From Lama guanicoe (Eukaryota), in NCBI GenBank assembly GCA_013239625.1, contig MU054391.1:9395095-9459094 (forward strand): 64,000 bases of DNA. Direction: 5' to 3'. The notes under the pieces were generated by a model that was not told where the DNA came from, made no database searches, and worked only from the letters and a program-made list of their open reading frames with translations. Within the stretch, counting starts at the first letter, position 1. The number at the start of each line of letters is the position of its first letter. Both the position numbers and the translations under genes were made by a program. Of this stretch, positions 61,947 through 64,000 are shown piece by piece.

Positions 61947-62469
61947 TGAGGTGGGAAGCCCCGTAAAAAACACCAGCAGGACCCCCAGGCAGGGCCACTA
62001 CTCTCCTGCCAGCACCATCTGGTTCCCTGGCCCAGAGGCTCTACCTCACTTTTTGCCTCTGAAATGGCTTAATTCTAGAAAAGTAGAACTTACCCGTAAA
62101 ATCCTATTGGCTCCCTGAGCTCACTCCTGATTGGTCCATTTGTAGTACTTCATTTGCATGGAGCTCACTCCTGATTGGTTATTTCTCTCACTCCTGATTG
62201 GTCCATTTCTACAAAGCTTGTTCCTAATTAGTCAACTTCTGTTATACCTTATTTGCATATGATGTTACAAAGTGCAAACTAGCAGCCTATAAAAGCCTGT
62301 GTAAACCTAAAGACGGGGTCCAGAGCTTGGAGTATTAACCCCCCTGGCCTGCTGGTGTAATAAACCTGAGTTCCCCAACTCTCCGAGTGCTGCTTGGTCT
62401 CTCGCCGGGCTCCAGGTTGCTGTCACACCTGAGCTGTAACACTGAGCTGTAACATGTCTTTCTGCAACA
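61947..62469 (+). mobile_element. Young ERV1-type solo LTR, 523 bp, with intact promoter motifs
   Basis: TG...CA termini, perfect TSD TGAG (61943-61946 and 62470-62473), four ATTGG, two ATTTGCAT, TATAAAA at 62288, AATAAA at 62359. Confidence 0.92.
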
Positions 62470-62607
62470 TGAGAAGCGGACAGGCTAAGGGCAGGGGGTT
62501 AGGTCCACAGAGAGGAGGAAGCCCCCTTTCCCTCTGCCCTGCAGCTGCCACACCCCAGCCTCACTTCCAGCCGGGCTGCCAGTAGGCATGTCCTCTCCTC
62601 CAGGAGC

Positions 62608-63056
62608 TGTAAGGGAGCAGGACCCCATGGGGCCTTCTGGGGGGGGGGGCAGACCCCTCCCCACATCCTCCGCTGTAGCTCCCCTCTGAAATACCCAGAT
62701 AATAGTATCTCATGCACATTTCCCGAGTTTTTCAGATGCTAAAAAACTACTAAATAGAAGAATTAAGTACTTGATAATCATGAGCACGTGGCCCCCAGAC
62801 TTTCTGGTGCCTAAACATTGATCACCATCAACCAACCAGAAAATTGTGCACAGCTGATCAGATTCTGGGATGCCCCTCCCTCACCTGGCCTTTAAAAAGG
62901 CTCAGCTGAAACCCTTCAAGGAGTTCGGGTTTGAGGGGTAAGGAGTTGGGTTATTTGCTTGGCCCAGCAATAAACCTTTCTCTGCTCCAAACACCAACAT
63001 TTCAGTATTTTTTGGCCTCCCTGTGTGTCAGGCATATGACCTTGAGTTTGGTAACA
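62608..63056 (+). mobile_element. ERV1-type solo LTR, 449 bp
   Basis: TGTAAGGG...GGTAACA termini, TSD GAGC/GAGT, TTTAAAAA TATA-like box near 62891, AATAAA near 62969. Confidence 0.88.
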
Positions 63057-63126
63057 GAGTGACCCCATACCCTCCCACAGACATGAATCCCAACAAGACG
63101 GTCACATCAAAACACAGTGGACAGAC

Positions 63127-63343
63127 CAGGGGATGGCAAAGTGTCTTTGGAAAGGGCTAGATGGTCAATATTTTTGGCTTTGTACACCATTTGGTCTTGG
63201 TGCAACCAGTCAAGTGTCTGTAGCATGAGTGCAACCACAGACAGTCAGTAAAGAAATCAGTGTGGCTGTGCTTCAATAAAGCTGTTCAAAAAAAAAAAAA
63301 AGAGGTGCTGAGCCAGATTTGGCCTACAATTTGCCAACCCCTG
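63127..63343 (+). mobile_element. MER58A-like hAT-Charlie MITE
   Basis: TIRs CAGGGGATGGCAAA / TTTGCCAACCCCTG; flanks GGACAGAC/GTCTAGAC. Confidence 0.85.
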
Positions 63344-64000
63344 GTCTAGACATTCTGCATGTCTCAACGTTAAATAACATCACGTTGAGTGTATCAGTGA
63401 TCTAGTCAAGTTGTTCATGAGACGAAATACACCTGATTGTCTTTCTGTGAAACTCAAGATCTTAGTCCTGATTATCTGCTAAAAACTGCTGTGAATAAAA
63501 ACATTCACCTCCCCCAGGTCAAGCAACCCTTGCACCAAAATCCATCCCACATTGAGCAGAACCAAGAAATATCACAAGATGGGGGAAAATGCACAAGCTT
63601 CTTAGAACGTGACTGGCTCAGCAATATCCTGCAATTTACAATTCCAAGCAGAAAAATTTTTCTAAATTAAACAGCTGTATCCAGGTTGATGGTTCCTCCA
63701 GTGTTCTCCAAGAGCAGTGGAAGGAGGGTCTTAACTTTGTTTACGTAACTAACACGCCTCTCAGGAGATTTCTCTTCAAGATCAAGAGCATCATCTTTGG
63801 CCAGGGAAATTCACTTTTCTACCTCTGAGAGTAGAAATCTGCTCACAGCTATTTATCAAGATTCCAGAATAAGACTTAGGACCCAGGGTCTGCTATCACC
63901 ACAGCCCTCAAAACACAGTAACTGGACATCATAGCATCGTCTGATGAGTGCAAGTACAGGGAAGGGCGAGGCCCTGGGGGCAGAGCATGCGCTAGAGACC

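Noticed and set aside
62101..62235. Short direct repeats with spacers, superficially CRISPR-like
   Set aside because: Only three units with irregular spacing, inside a retroviral U3 in a mammalian genome, with no cas genes.

Overview
This is mammalian non-coding genomic DNA, most likely camelid (alpaca, llama or camel), judged from tRNA-derived Vic-1-type SINEs at 246-302 and 36164-36318. I find no credible protein-coding gene, structural RNA gene or CRISPR array; the supplied ORFs look like chance or repeat-derived frames. The window reads as a gene desert or large intron. It is dense in fossil repeats (MIR, L2, L1, MaLR/ERVL LTRs, hAT and TcMar DNA transposons) and carries six ERV1-type solo LTRs with recognisable target-site duplications. 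Between the repeats lie several AT-rich, repeat-free blocks packed with homeodomain, POU and HOX/CDX motifs that resemble developmental enhancers. The most notable items are: a near full-length hAT-Charlie transposon with readable transposase motifs (33851-36385); a young solo LTR with tandem CCAAT repeats, two octamers and a TATA box beside an enhancer-like block (61947-62469); two 518-bp same-family LTRs inserted independently; a near-perfect ~240-bp tandem duplication; a 15-bp perfect palindrome; and a twin-primed L1. I could not support a genuinely new biological system. Repeat family names are from memory of consensus sequences, not a database search, and boundaries of old repeats are approximate.
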